Shown: positions 35,383 to 45,039 of the stretch, piece by piece
Layout of the letters: every line of letters begins with the position of its first letter
Numbering within the stretch: position 1 is the stretch's first letter
Source: Clostridia bacterium
GTDB lineage: Bacteria; Bacillota; Clostridia; Oscillospirales; CAG-272
Direction of reading: 5' to 3'
Length of the DNA: 64,000 nucleotides
Assembly (NCBI GenBank): GCA_017472305.1
Contig: JAFUQP010000007.1
Location: 5,272-69,271, forward strand
The notes under the pieces: model-generated
What the model was told of the DNA's origin: nothing
The model's database searches: none
Seen by the model: the letters and a program-made list of their open reading frames with translations, nothing else
Translations under genes and position numbers: made by a program

Positions 35383-36460
35383 TCTGCTCACCCTTGAGGC
35401 GCTCGGCAGTATCCTGCGCGATAAGCTCGTCGACTATTACGTCGATATCTCCGTCAAGAAAGGCGTCGAGCGAATATACAGTCTTGTTAATTCTGTGGTC
35501 GGTCACACGCGACTGTGGGAAATTGTAGGTTCTTATCTTCTCGCTTCTGTCGCCGCTGCCAACCTGACTTTTCCTCGTAGAGGCTATGCTCTCGGTCTGC
35601 TCACGCAGCTTGATATCGTAGAGCTTTGTATAAAGAAGCCTCAACGCCTTCTCCTTGTTCTGAAGCTGGCTACGCTCCTGGTCGCACTCTATAACTATAC
35701 CCGACGGCTTATGCGTAAGCCTTACAGCCGACTCGGTTTTATTAATATGCTGACCGCCCGCGCCGCTGGATTTGCAGGACTCAAACTTGATATCGGCAGG
35801 GTTTACCTCAACCTCAACCTCCTCTGCCTCGGGAAGAACCGCAACGGTGACGGTTGAGGTCTGTATTCTGCCGTTTGACTCGGTGACGGGAATTCTCTGT
35901 ACCCTATGCACACCGCTCTCAAACTTGAAGCGCGAGTAAGCTCCGTCGCCGATAATATTAAAGGTAATTTCCTTTATACCGCCAAGCTCGGTTTCATTTC
36001 TGCTTACAACCTCAACCTTGAAGCGACGGGAATCGGAGTACATCGTATACATTCTGTAGAGGTCTGCACCGAACAGCGCCGCCTCCTCGCCGCCTGCGCC
36101 CTGTCTTATCTCGACGGTTACGTTGCGCGAGTCATTTGGGTCGCGAGGCATAAGAAGAATTTTAAGCTCCTCGGTGATTTTATCACAGAGGTCACGGTAT
36201 TCGTGATATTCCTCCTCGGCAAGCTCCCGAAGCTCAGGCTCGAGGCTTCCGTCGCGCATAATCTCCTCGGCGCCCGACATAGTATCGCGCGCCGATTTGT
36301 ATTCTCTGTATTTTTCAATTATCGGCTCTAAGGATTTGTACTCCTTGATGAGCCTTGCGTATTCCTTGGCATCAGAGGCGACCTCGGGGAGCGTCATTGC
36401 CTGCTCAATCTCTCTGTATCTGTCCTCTGCCCTTTGTAGCTTTGTAAATATCATATACAC
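35372..36460 (-). CDS. prfA: Peptide chain release factor 1
   Basis: PVT tripeptide region and the GGQ motif (SGAGGQHINKTESAVRLTH). Confidence 0.97.
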   Translation of the reverse strand: MYMIFTKLQRAEDRYREIEQAMTLPEVASDAKEYARLIKEYKSLEPIIEKYREYKSARDTMSGAEEIMRDGSLEPELRELAEEEYHEYRDLCDKITEELKILLMPRDPNDSRNVTVEIRQGAGGEEAALFGADLYRMYTMYSDSRRFKVEVVSRNETELGGIKEITFNIIGDGAYSRFKFESGVHRVQRIPVTESNGRIQTSTVTVAVLPEAEEVEVEVNPADIKFESCKSSGAGGQHINKTESAVRLTHKPSGIVIECDQERSQLQNKEKALRLLYTKLYDIKLREQTESIASTRKSQVGSGDRSEKIRTYNFPQSRVTDHRINKTVYSLDAFLDGDIDVIVDELIAQDTAERLKGEQNEN

Positions 36461-36521
36461 CTCAAAAAATTGGGGAAAGAGGCTGGCTATATCAGTATTT
36501 AAAGCCGCCTCTTTTTATATG

Positions 36522-37922
36522 CTACTTTACAAACGCGCAGAATGCCTCGTAGGTAGAATAAACGTCTGCCTTGGATACTACCTCGTAGGGCGCGTGCATC
36601 GAGATAACCGGCACACCAAGGTCAACGGTTTCGATATTATGGTTAGCGATATACATAGCAACCGTTCCGCCGCCGCCCGCATCAACCTTACCAAGCTCGG
36701 CAGTCTGCCAGATAACGCCATTATCGCGGAAGAGCTTTCTTATAAAGCCTACGAATTCGGCAGATGCGTCGTTTGTCGAGGACTTTCCGCGTGCACCCGT
36801 GTACTTACTCATAGTAGTACCGCAGGAAATCATAGCGCTGTTGCGCCTTTCGTAAACGTCGGCAAAATTCGGGTCGTAGCAAGCGGTAACGTCGGCGCTT
36901 AAGCACTTGCTCTTGCTTCTTACGACAACCTCGTTCTTGCCAAGCGAGCGTGAAATCTCCTTCATTACGTCAACGAGAATGTCAGACTGCATTCCGGTAA
37001 CGCCAACCGAGCCAATCTCCTCCTTGTCGGCAAGCACTACCATTACGGTGTGCTTTGTGTCGCCGTTATCGAGAAGCGCGGTTACTGCGGGATAGGAGCA
37101 TACTCTGTCGTCGTGGCCGTATGCCGCGATAAGCGCTCTGTCAAAGCCGATATCCCTTGCCTTGAAGGCAGGAACGAGCGAAAGCTCCGCAGAGAGGAAG
37201 TCCTCCTCGGTAACACCGTACTTTTCGTTAAGAATAGAGAGGGCTGTAAGCTTGATTTTGTCGCTTACGTCCTTATCGTCGTAAGGAAGTCCGCCGATAA
37301 GAATATTGAGGCTCTCGCCGCTGATTGCCGAGGAGAGGGGCTCAGCGCCCTGCTTCTGTCCAAGATGAGGAAGAAGGTCGTTGATATAGAATACGGGGTC
37401 GGAGTCGTCCTCACCGATATTAACCTCAACAACACTTCCGTCAGCTGTAACCATAACGCCGTGAAGCGCAAGAGGAATTGCAGTCCACTGATACTTCTTG
37501 ACGCCGCCGTAGTAGTGAGTCTTAAGGAAGCCCATTCCCGCCTCCTCGTACATAGGAACCTGCTTTAAGTCAAGACGGGGAGAGTCGATATGCGCCGCAA
37601 GAATTCTGATGCCGTCAGACTCGAGGTCATTCTCACCGACCTTGAAGAGTATAAGGCTCTTGCCGTGCTGGTTGAGGTATTTCTTATCTCCTACCTTAAG
37701 CTCCTCGCCGAGCTTATACTCGGTATAGCCCTTTGCCTCTGCCATTTTAATAGCGTATGCCGTTGCCTCGCGCTCGGTTTTAGCCGCGTCGAGAAATGCT
37801 GCGTATCCAACGTTGTAGTCAAATATAGCCTTAACCTTTTCGGGAGTTGCCTCCTCGAAGATATTTTTCTTTTTGTAGGAAAGCTTATCGAAGATTTCCT
37901 GTCCAATGCTCTTTTCGCTCAT
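36522..37922 (-). CDS. M18-family aminopeptidase
   Basis: AAHIDSPRLDLK and the metal-binding pattern of M18 aminopeptidases. ATG 37922 has an AGAAGGA SD, and the 12-codon upstream extension would overlap coaE. Confidence 0.8.
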   Translation of the reverse strand: MSEKSIGQEIFDKLSYKKKNIFEEATPEKVKAIFDYNVGYAAFLDAAKTEREATAYAIKMAEAKGYTEYKLGEELKVGDKKYLNQHGKSLILFKVGENDLESDGIRILAAHIDSPRLDLKQVPMYEEAGMGFLKTHYYGGVKKYQWTAIPLALHGVMVTADGSVVEVNIGEDDSDPVFYINDLLPHLGQKQGAEPLSSAISGESLNILIGGLPYDDKDVSDKIKLTALSILNEKYGVTEEDFLSAELSLVPAFKARDIGFDRALIAAYGHDDRVCSYPAVTALLDNGDTKHTVMVVLADKEEIGSVGVTGMQSDILVDVMKEISRSLGKNEVVVRSKSKCLSADVTACYDPNFADVYERRNSAMISCGTTMSKYTGARGKSSTNDASAEFVGFIRKLFRDNGVIWQTAELGKVDAGGGGTVAMYIANHNIETVDLGVPVISMHAPYEVVSKADVYSTYEAFCAFVK

Positions 37923-37926
37923 TTTC

Positions 37927-38535
37927 TTATCCTTCTCTGTTGAGTATTTCTTCGGCAATTCGAAGAACCGACGCGCGAAGCTCGTCCCCGTTGCCGTTAT
38001 TAACGATTATATAATCCGAGAGGCTCCTAAGCTCCTCGTCGGACTTTTGCGAGGCAATGCGCCGCCTCGCCTCCTCCTCGCTTACACCGTCGCGAAGGAG
38101 AATTCTCTTGATTCGAAGCTCTATGTCGGCAATAACCGAAACGGTCGCGTCACATTCTCTGTCAAAGCCCGACTCAAAGAGCAGAGGCGCATCGACTATC
38201 GCACCGCGATACCGTACGTCGAGCGAGGAAATAATTTTCCTTACCTCGTCAAGAATATACTTGTGGGTAATTTCATTGAGCTTCAGCCGCCTCTCTTCCG
38301 CTCCCTCCGACATAAAGACCGCCTCGGCAAGTCTTCGTCTGTCGAGTGCGCCCGAAGGCGTGAGAATGTCGGTGCCGAACTCCTCTGAGAGCGCCTTCAG
38401 ACATTCCGAGGGAGATGAGGTAATCTCTCGGTAAACGAGGTCGGTATCAATGCCGAAAAAGCCAAGCTCAGAAAAAAGCTCGGTGACAAGGCTCTTTCCG
38501 CTTCCGCTTCCTCCCGCAAGACCGATAATTACCAT
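37927..38535 (-). CDS. coaE: Dephospho-CoA kinase
   Basis: MVIIGLAGGSGSGKS P-loop. About 200 aa. The second ATG has proper SD spacing. Confidence 0.92.
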   Translation of the reverse strand: MVIIGLAGGSGSGKSLVTELFSELGFFGIDTDLVYREITSSPSECLKALSEEFGTDILTPSGALDRRRLAEAVFMSEGAEERRLKLNEITHKYILDEVRKIISSLDVRYRGAIVDAPLLFESGFDRECDATVSVIADIELRIKRILLRDGVSEEEARRRIASQKSDEELRSLSDYIIVNNGNGDELRASVLRIAEEILNREG

Positions 38536-38680
38536 ATACATACTCCTTTACTTTTATATTATACTATACTAATGTAGCAAATGTCAAGTTCAATAATGGC
38601 AATATCAGGCAGATTTATTATCATTTTTTCTTCATTTGAATATAATTTTTACTGAAAACTGTTATTTTAGGAGTACTTTT

Positions 38681-39724
38681 ATGAATAACACAAAACACAT
38701 ATCTGCTTTCGCGGCGGCAAACGGCTACTCGGGCTTCAGAAGCTATTTTCACGAGGTATTTGCGTCGGAGGATTTTTCTAAAATTTACGTTATCAAGGGC
38801 GGCCCCGGCACGGGCAAAAGCAGCTTTATGAAGAGGCTTCTCCGTGAGTATTCGGAGTATGCCGAGGAAGCAATATATTGCTCTTCTGACCCGAATTCAC
38901 TCGACGGCGTAATTCTTTCGGGAGATGGCGGAAGGGTTGCCCTGCTCGACGGAACGGCGCCGCATATACGCGATGCCGAAGTTCCCGGGGCAATAGACGA
39001 GATACTGAACCTCGGCGAATTCTGGGACTCGCGGTGGCTTTGTGCAAAGAGAGAAAGGATACTGTCACTGACAGACGAAAAGAAGAAGGCATACAAAACC
39101 GCCTATCGCTATCTTTCTCTTGCGGGAAAAATGAAGGAGTCGGAAATTAAAGCTCCCGCTATATCCGCGCGCACTTTAGCCGAGATAGTCGGAGAGATTA
39201 AGGCTGACGACGAATACAAGCAGCAAACGAGGCTTATTTCGGCATTCGGCAAGGAGGGACTCATTCGCCTTCCCACGCTCACGGAAATTGCTGACGAGAT
39301 TATAGAAATTCGGGGCGGGGAGCGCTCTATGCTGCTATGTAACAGGATTGCCGATTATCTTTCCGACAATTCGACCTCGCACACGCGATTTCCCTATGCG
39401 CTCGACGGCTCGCTCACCGAGGCGATTTATATTCCGTCGTGCGGCAGAGCCATTGTGTGCTATCCCCCTGAGGGCAAAGCCCCCGCAAGGGTTATCGAAG
39501 AAGTGCAGCTCTACCCTGCCCCCGACCGCACCGACATAGAGAGGTGTCGCGTAGCGCTTGAATTTTCGAGTGAGATGGAGAGCGAGGCGCAAAGGTGGTT
39601 TTCCATTGCCTCGGAGCTGCACTTTGAGCTTGAGGAAATATACTCGCAAGCAATGAACTACTCGCTTGTTGACGAGCTGTACGCCAAAAAGAGCCTTGAT
39701 ATACTAAATATTATCAAAAGCTGA
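38681..39724 (+). CDS. P-loop NTPase of unknown function
   Basis: Walker A VIKGGPGTGKSSFMKRL and a Walker-B-like VALLDG. ATG 38681 follows an AGGAG SD, and TATAAT at 38641-38646 lies inside the longer ORF of the track. Confidence 0.7.
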   Translation: MNNTKHISAFAAANGYSGFRSYFHEVFASEDFSKIYVIKGGPGTGKSSFMKRLLREYSEYAEEAIYCSSDPNSLDGVILSGDGGRVALLDGTAPHIRDAEVPGAIDEILNLGEFWDSRWLCAKRERILSLTDEKKKAYKTAYRYLSLAGKMKESEIKAPAISARTLAEIVGEIKADDEYKQQTRLISAFGKEGLIRLPTLTEIADEIIEIRGGERSMLLCNRIADYLSDNSTSHTRFPYALDGSLTEAIYIPSCGRAIVCYPPEGKAPARVIEEVQLYPAPDRTDIERCRVALEFSSEMESEAQRWFSIASELHFELEEIYSQAMNYSLVDELYAKKSLDILNIIKS

Positions 39725-39779
39725 TTTAATTTTACTCCTGTTATTGACTTATTTTAGGTTTTGTGGTATCATTATATAG

Positions 39780-39809
39780 AAAAAAGGAGCTGTCCCTGCG
39801 GACAGCTCC
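39780..39809 (-). terminator. Intrinsic terminator after ackA
   Basis: The 10-bp stem GGAGCTGTCC/GGACAGCTCC is followed by T6 on the minus strand. Confidence 0.85.
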
Positions 39810-39826
39810 GGAAATATTAAAGAGTA

Positions 39827-41032
39827 TCAGAGAGAGGAAACAATCTTCTCGGTGTCAAGTGCAATTACAAGCTCCTCGTTGGTGGGTATCATATAAACCT
39901 CAACGCGGCTTCCGTCAGACGAAAGCTTAACGGGAGTATTCGAGTGACCGAAGGTGTTGCGCTCCTTATCAAGCTCAACCCCGAGATATTCAAGTCCCGA
40001 GAGTGCATTCTCTCTTATATAAGAAACGTGCTCGCCTATTCCTGCGGTGAATACTATAGCGTCAAGACCGCCCATTGCGGCAGAATATGAGCCTATGTAC
40101 TTCTTTATCTGGTAGCTGAGCATATCAAGCGCAAGCTTTGCACGCTCATTACCCTCGTCCATAGCACGCTCAACGTCACGCGAGTCGGAGCCTACGCCGC
40201 TGATACCGTCGAAGCCGCACTTCTTGTTCATATAGGTATCCATTTCCTTCGGGGTAAAGCCCTTCTTCTCCATAATGAAGGGTACGATTGCAGGGTCAAT
40301 CGAGCCGCATCTCGTTCCCATAATGACACCGTCAAGAGGAGTAAAGCCCATAGAGGTATCAATGCACTTACCGTCCTTGACTGCGCTGATGGACGAACCG
40401 TTACCAATATGACAGGTTACAATTTTCGTTCCCTCGGCCTTGCCGCCCATAATCTTTATCATCTCACCGCTGACAAATCTGTGCGAGGTGCCGTGAGCGC
40501 CGTAGCGGCGAATTCCGTAATCCTCGTACATATCGTAGGATACTCCGTACATATAGGCTTCCTTCGGCATTGTCTGGTGGAAGGCGGTATCAAACACGAG
40601 AACCTCGGGGGTGTTCGGCATTGCTGCCTTACAGCCCTTGATGCCCATAATATGCGGCGGAGTATGAAGCGGTGCGTATGCCGTGCACTTTTCAAGAACG
40701 CTCATTACCTCGTCGGTAACGAGAACAGACTCGGTAAAGAAGGGTCCGCCGTGGACAACTCTGTGTCCTATTGCCTCTATCTCGTCAACACTCTTAAGGC
40801 AGCCTACCTCACTGTCGAGAAGAACCTCAACAACGAGCTTCATTGCCGCAGAGTGGTCTGGGAGCGATGCCTCCTTAACGTAGTCTGACTTTCCCTTGGG
40901 CTTATGGATAATTCTGGAGCCGTCAATTCCTATTCTTTCGCAATTTCCCTTTGCAAGCACGTCGCAGCCTTCGGTATCAAAAAGCTGATATTTAAGAGAG
41001 CTAGAGCCTGCGTTTACAACTAAAACTTTCAT
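39827..41032 (-). CDS. ackA: Acetate kinase
   Basis: MKVLVVNAGSSSLKYQLF. Canonical over the full 401-aa length. Confidence 0.97.
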   Translation of the reverse strand: MKVLVVNAGSSSLKYQLFDTEGCDVLAKGNCERIGIDGSRIIHKPKGKSDYVKEASLPDHSAAMKLVVEVLLDSEVGCLKSVDEIEAIGHRVVHGGPFFTESVLVTDEVMSVLEKCTAYAPLHTPPHIMGIKGCKAAMPNTPEVLVFDTAFHQTMPKEAYMYGVSYDMYEDYGIRRYGAHGTSHRFVSGEMIKIMGGKAEGTKIVTCHIGNGSSISAVKDGKCIDTSMGFTPLDGVIMGTRCGSIDPAIVPFIMEKKGFTPKEMDTYMNKKCGFDGISGVGSDSRDVERAMDEGNERAKLALDMLSYQIKKYIGSYSAAMGGLDAIVFTAGIGEHVSYIRENALSGLEYLGVELDKERNTFGHSNTPVKLSSDGSRVEVYMIPTNEELVIALDTEKIVSSL

Positions 41033-41125
41033 TTTTCTTCTCCTAAAGTTTTTTTACAGAACTATTATACACTAAAGGAATAAAATAATCAATATTAATT
41101 TTAAATTTACTTTGGAAGGTCGGTT

Positions 41126-42337
41126 ATGAAGGTTGCCGCTATAATAGCAGAATACAATCCGTTTCATAACGGACACGCCTATCAGATAAGAAGGCTACGC
41201 GAGATTCTCGGAGAGGACACCGCGGTTATCGCAATTATGAGCGGTAACTATACCCAACGTGCGGAAAGTGCGCTTTTTGAGAAATTCTCGAGAGCGCGGT
41301 GCGCTGTAGAGGGCGGAGTAAATCTCGTTCTCGAGCTTCCCTTCCCGTATTCCACATCGAGCGCAGAATTCTTTGCACGCGCCGGAGTTTCAATTGCCGA
41401 GAGGCTCGGGGTTGTTGACCACCTTGTTTTCGGCAGTGAAAGCGGAGAGCTTGACACACTAAGAAGGGCGGCAAGTCTAGCAGGCGATGGCTCCTATCTT
41501 GACAAGCTCGAATGTGTTTTGTCGGGCAAGGAAAAAGGTATCGGCTATGCGAAGGCGTGCGAGCGCATTGCAGAAAGTGAGCTTGGAGAGCTCACGGAAA
41601 GTATTTTTACGCCAAACAACATTCTCGCTATAGAGTATCTCAAGGCTTTGTCTAAGTTATCCTCAAAAATTATACCCCTGACAATCAAGCGCGAGGGAGC
41701 AGACTACAACAGCACACTAATCGAAAAATCCGAGCACCAGAGCGCAAGTGCTATCAGAAACAGAATCCTCGAGGGCGACCTTTCTGCCTTAGATTATGTT
41801 CCGCATTCGACAAAAGTTGCAATTTCAGAAGCGCAAAGCGCAGGCAAGCTCTCGGACTACTCGAGGCTTGACCTTGCAATCATTTCATTTCTACGTTTAA
41901 ATCCCCCGACCCCGAAAATTCTTTTTCACGAGGCAAAGGGTGGTTTATATAACCGTCTTTGCAGCATTGCCGCAAGGACAAACGGCATTTCTCATTTGGT
42001 AGACGAGGCATATACCAAGCGTTATACCAAAGCAAGAATAAGACGTGCTATTCTCAATTCATACCTCGGTGTTACCTCCGCCGACGTATCTACCCTACCC
42101 GAATACACGCAGATTCTCGCTATGGATAAAGTGGGTGCTTCGCTGCTGAAGAAAATCAAGAGGGTGACAAGCACAACGCTCCTCACAAAGCCCTCCGACA
42201 CGAAGGCTCTCACCGACGTCGCAAAAAGGCAAAAGGAGCTGTCCGACAAGGCAGATTCGGTTTATCAGCTGACGCTGTCTGTGCCGAACTCGGGTGATTA
42301 TTCAATTACCCGCTCGCCTTTTATCAAAGCTGAGTAG
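41126..42337 (+). CDS. tmcAL: tRNA(Met) cytidine acetate ligase TmcAL (UPF0348 nucleotidyltransferase)
   Basis: IIAEYNPFHNGHAYQI is an HxGH-type motif. About 400 aa. Confidence 0.85.
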   Translation: MKVAAIIAEYNPFHNGHAYQIRRLREILGEDTAVIAIMSGNYTQRAESALFEKFSRARCAVEGGVNLVLELPFPYSTSSAEFFARAGVSIAERLGVVDHLVFGSESGELDTLRRAASLAGDGSYLDKLECVLSGKEKGIGYAKACERIAESELGELTESIFTPNNILAIEYLKALSKLSSKIIPLTIKREGADYNSTLIEKSEHQSASAIRNRILEGDLSALDYVPHSTKVAISEAQSAGKLSDYSRLDLAIISFLRLNPPTPKILFHEAKGGLYNRLCSIAARTNGISHLVDEAYTKRYTKARIRRAILNSYLGVTSADVSTLPEYTQILAMDKVGASLLKKIKRVTSTTLLTKPSDTKALTDVAKRQKELSDKADSVYQLTLSVPNSGDYSITRSPFIKAE

Positions 42338-42463
42338 TTTTTGCGATTTATTAGCCGTGACATTTATTGTCGAAGCTATTTACACCGCAAGTAAGTTCTG
42401 CTATGATATTAGCGAGATGGACAAGCGCCGTCATCCCGAAATAAAACGAAAGGAGTATCTATT

Positions 42464-42754
42464 ATGTTAAACGCAGAAGGCGTTGGAACCGAAGAGTTCC
42501 TCGAATACAAGGGCAAGCCCCTTGTCCGTCAGGGCGATGATATTTTCTACGGCGATCTGTCAGATAAATATTACGTCTATATGATGATTATGAGTACTAA
42601 AAAGTCCCCTAAGGGTGACAAGGAAGTGCCCGATACCATTATGGTACAGCTTCTCGACAGCAAGTCGAAGAAGCCCGAAAAGCAGAAGATTACGAAGGGG
42701 CTCAGCGATGCTCTCGAATTCGCAGAGGCATGGCTCCGCTACAACGATAAATAA
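42464..42754 (+). CDS. Hypothetical 96-aa protein
   Basis: Good SD (AAAGGAG), a promoter (TTTACA, 17 nt, TATGAT at 42379-42407) and protein-like composition. No motif recognised. Confidence 0.6.
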   Translation: MLNAEGVGTEEFLEYKGKPLVRQGDDIFYGDLSDKYYVYMMIMSTKKSPKGDKEVPDTIMVQLLDSKSKKPEKQKITKGLSDALEFAEAWLRYNDK

Positions 42755-42884
42755 TCGGGCAAAATTTGCCGTAGGAGATTACGTAGGGTAAGTACTCTTC
42801 TACGGCGGACTTGTCGCACAGTCCTGTATACCGCAAGTCTCTGCTTTGGTATACGCTTGCGGCAATCCATCAAGGAGGTAAAAA

Positions 42885-43997
42885 ATGAATACAAAAAAAT
42901 GTGGCGGTTACGGAAAGCTACTTGTCTTTTTCCTCGTAGCCGCAATTTTAATCTTTGCCTTCGGCTTAGTTGCCGACGGCTGGCAAAATGACGTCGAAAA
43001 TAATAGCGGCAATGTCACAGATGACGACAAGGACAATAATGACGAAGCCGATGAAAATAAAGATGCAGGCAATTCTTCCCCCGAGGGCGAAAAGGCTCCC
43101 GAGCCAAAGCCCACGCTCTACAACAAGCTGACCGGTATTCCTCTTGAAGAGGGAGAGGCTGCTTCCCGACACGTTGCGTTCGTTATAGATACGACGGCGC
43201 CGCTTTACGGTGTCTCGGGCGCTGATATCATTATAGAATTACCTACCGAAAACGGACAAACACGTCTTGCCGTACTTACAAAAAGCTACACCGAGCTTGG
43301 AAAGCTTGGCGCAATAGCCCCGACAAAGGGCTACATCAACAGTGTTATTTCTTATTTCGACACCGCAGCAGTTTATTTTGGCAAGGAAGGTGTCAGGGAG
43401 TATGAGTGCTTTGAGCTCGGCAGCAGTGCTCTTGACCTCTCTGTCAACAAGGGCTACCACTACACCGAGTTTTCAAGCTATAACTACTCAAACGGCAATC
43501 TGATTACCGCGGCGCTCGCGGCAAAAAACGTTGACACGCTTACTCCGTCCTCACGTCTGCCCTTCGTCTTTTCAAAGAGTGAGGCTATTTTCGGACAAAA
43601 ATCTGCAAAGACTGTAGTTCTTCCCTTCTCGGATTATTCCGAAACCGAGCTTTATTTCCGCGAAACCGATAAAATGTACACCTTTGCAAAGAATGAGAGC
43701 GTAAAGCAGGATTTGCTGTCAAACGAGAGCATATCCTTTAAGAACGTGTTCGTTCTGTTTGCAGATGCAGTAACCTACGAGGATTCCCTCGGCTGCGAGT
43801 TAATTCTTGATACCGTAGGCTCGGGCAGCGGCTATTACGCCTCTATGGGAGTTTACAAGGAAATCAGCTGGTCGGTTGATGAGGCCAGAAATCTTTCCTT
43901 TACAAACACCGACGGCTCGCCGCTCGAGGTAAACCCCGGAACCTCATACATCAGCTACTTGAAATCCTCGCATAAATCAAAGGTCAGCTTTAATTAA
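42885..43997 (+). CDS. DUF3048 (YerB-like) secreted/membrane-anchored protein
   Basis: N-terminal TM anchor, an acidic low-complexity linker and a DUF3048-like core (VAFVIDTTAPLYGVSGADIIIELPTENGQTRLAVL). Confidence 0.7.
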   Translation: MNTKKCGGYGKLLVFFLVAAILIFAFGLVADGWQNDVENNSGNVTDDDKDNNDEADENKDAGNSSPEGEKAPEPKPTLYNKLTGIPLEEGEAASRHVAFVIDTTAPLYGVSGADIIIELPTENGQTRLAVLTKSYTELGKLGAIAPTKGYINSVISYFDTAAVYFGKEGVREYECFELGSSALDLSVNKGYHYTEFSSYNYSNGNLITAALAAKNVDTLTPSSRLPFVFSKSEAIFGQKSAKTVVLPFSDYSETELYFRETDKMYTFAKNESVKQDLLSNESISFKNVFVLFADAVTYEDSLGCELILDTVGSGSGYYASMGVYKEISWSVDEARNLSFTNTDGSPLEVNPGTSYISYLKSSHKSKVSFN

Positions 43998-44065
43998 AGA
44001 GCTACCCTTTACGAGCTTTTATTTGGTCAAAAGGTGATAAATCACACCCGACCATAGAAATCAAT

Positions 44066-44100
44066 AAAACGCAGAAGCGAATGCTTCTGCGTTTTATTTT
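44066..44100 (+). terminator. Intrinsic terminator after the DUF3048 gene
   Basis: The stem AAAACGCAGAAGC/GCTTCTGCGTTTT is followed by a T-run. Confidence 0.85.
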
Positions 44101-44261
44101 AGAAAATGTTTTCAGAAAAATGAAAAAGAACTTAGAATAACAAGCTCAAAGCTCAACTCATATAGAATTATGTATATTTTCCGTTTATTTACAAAGACTA
44201 AAATCAAACTCATTTGAGTAATTTTTACTAAAGTATGCCTTATGGCAGAATGGAGAAATAT

Positions 44262-44816
44262 ATGAAGGCAACTGGTATTGTTCGTCGAATTGACGACCTT
44301 GGACGAGTCGTTATTCCTAAGGAAATCAGACGTACGATGAGAATAAAGGAAGGCGACCCTCTCGAAATATTCACCGACAGAGAGGGTGAGGTGATTTTTA
44401 AGAAATATTCGCCTATCGGTGAGATGCAAAGCTTTGCAAACGATTATGCCGATACGCTTCAGAAAACCTCAGCCTCGCCCATTTTTATATGCGACCGAGA
44501 TGCGGTTATTGCTGTTTCCGGAGCTTCGAAGCGCGAATATCTTGAGAGAAGAATATCGAGAGGTCTTGAGGAAATCGTTGAATCGAGAAGCCTTTACGTC
44601 AGAGGTAACAGCAGAGAGCCTGTATCTATCATCAGCGACGGCGGAACTCATTACGTAAACTGCGCTATGCCGATTTTGAGCGAAGGCGATATTGTTGGGT
44701 GCGTGGTTTCCGCGTGGCAGTACGATATGTCAACAAGCGGCAAAATATCCGACGAAATTGAATCAAAGCTTGTACAAACGGCGGGAATGTTCCTCGGTAG
44801 ACAAATGGAAAGCTAA
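44262..44816 (+). CDS. spoVT: Stage V sporulation protein T (AbrB-family regulator with GAF domain)
   Basis: MKATGIVRRIDDLGRVVIPKEIRRTMRIKEGDPLEIF is the SpoVT/AbrB swapped-hairpin N-domain. ATG 44262 follows a GGAGA SD. Confidence 0.93.
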   Translation: MKATGIVRRIDDLGRVVIPKEIRRTMRIKEGDPLEIFTDREGEVIFKKYSPIGEMQSFANDYADTLQKTSASPIFICDRDAVIAVSGASKREYLERRISRGLEEIVESRSLYVRGNSREPVSIISDGGTHYVNCAMPILSEGDIVGCVVSAWQYDMSTSGKISDEIESKLVQTAGMFLGRQMES

Positions 44817-44970
44817 GGCATTTACCGAAAAATTAAACCTTTAGTTTACCCAAACGGGGAAAAAGCGACCTTTTCTGTTATTACCGCACTCAAGAATAAT
44901 AACTAACTGTCAATCTCAAAATACAGTTTAACGCCACAGTAATTAATCCCGAAAAAGAATAAACAAAGAA

Positions 44971-45004
44971 AGAATGGAGAACGGCAATCGTTCTCCATTC
45001 TTTA
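44971..45004. terminator. Bidirectional terminator between spoVT and the phosphatase gene
   Basis: The 13-bp stem AGAATGGAGAACG/CGTTCTCCATTCT has A/T-rich flanks. Confidence 0.8.
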
Positions 45005-45039
45005 TAATTCACAGGCGCGCGACGGCCGCCCGTATGTAA

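Noticed and set aside
44112-44429. 105-aa minus-strand ORF overlapping the spoVT promoter and 5' end
   Set aside because: It is antisense to the highly conserved SpoVT N-domain. It is AT-rich and low-complexity, with no SD.
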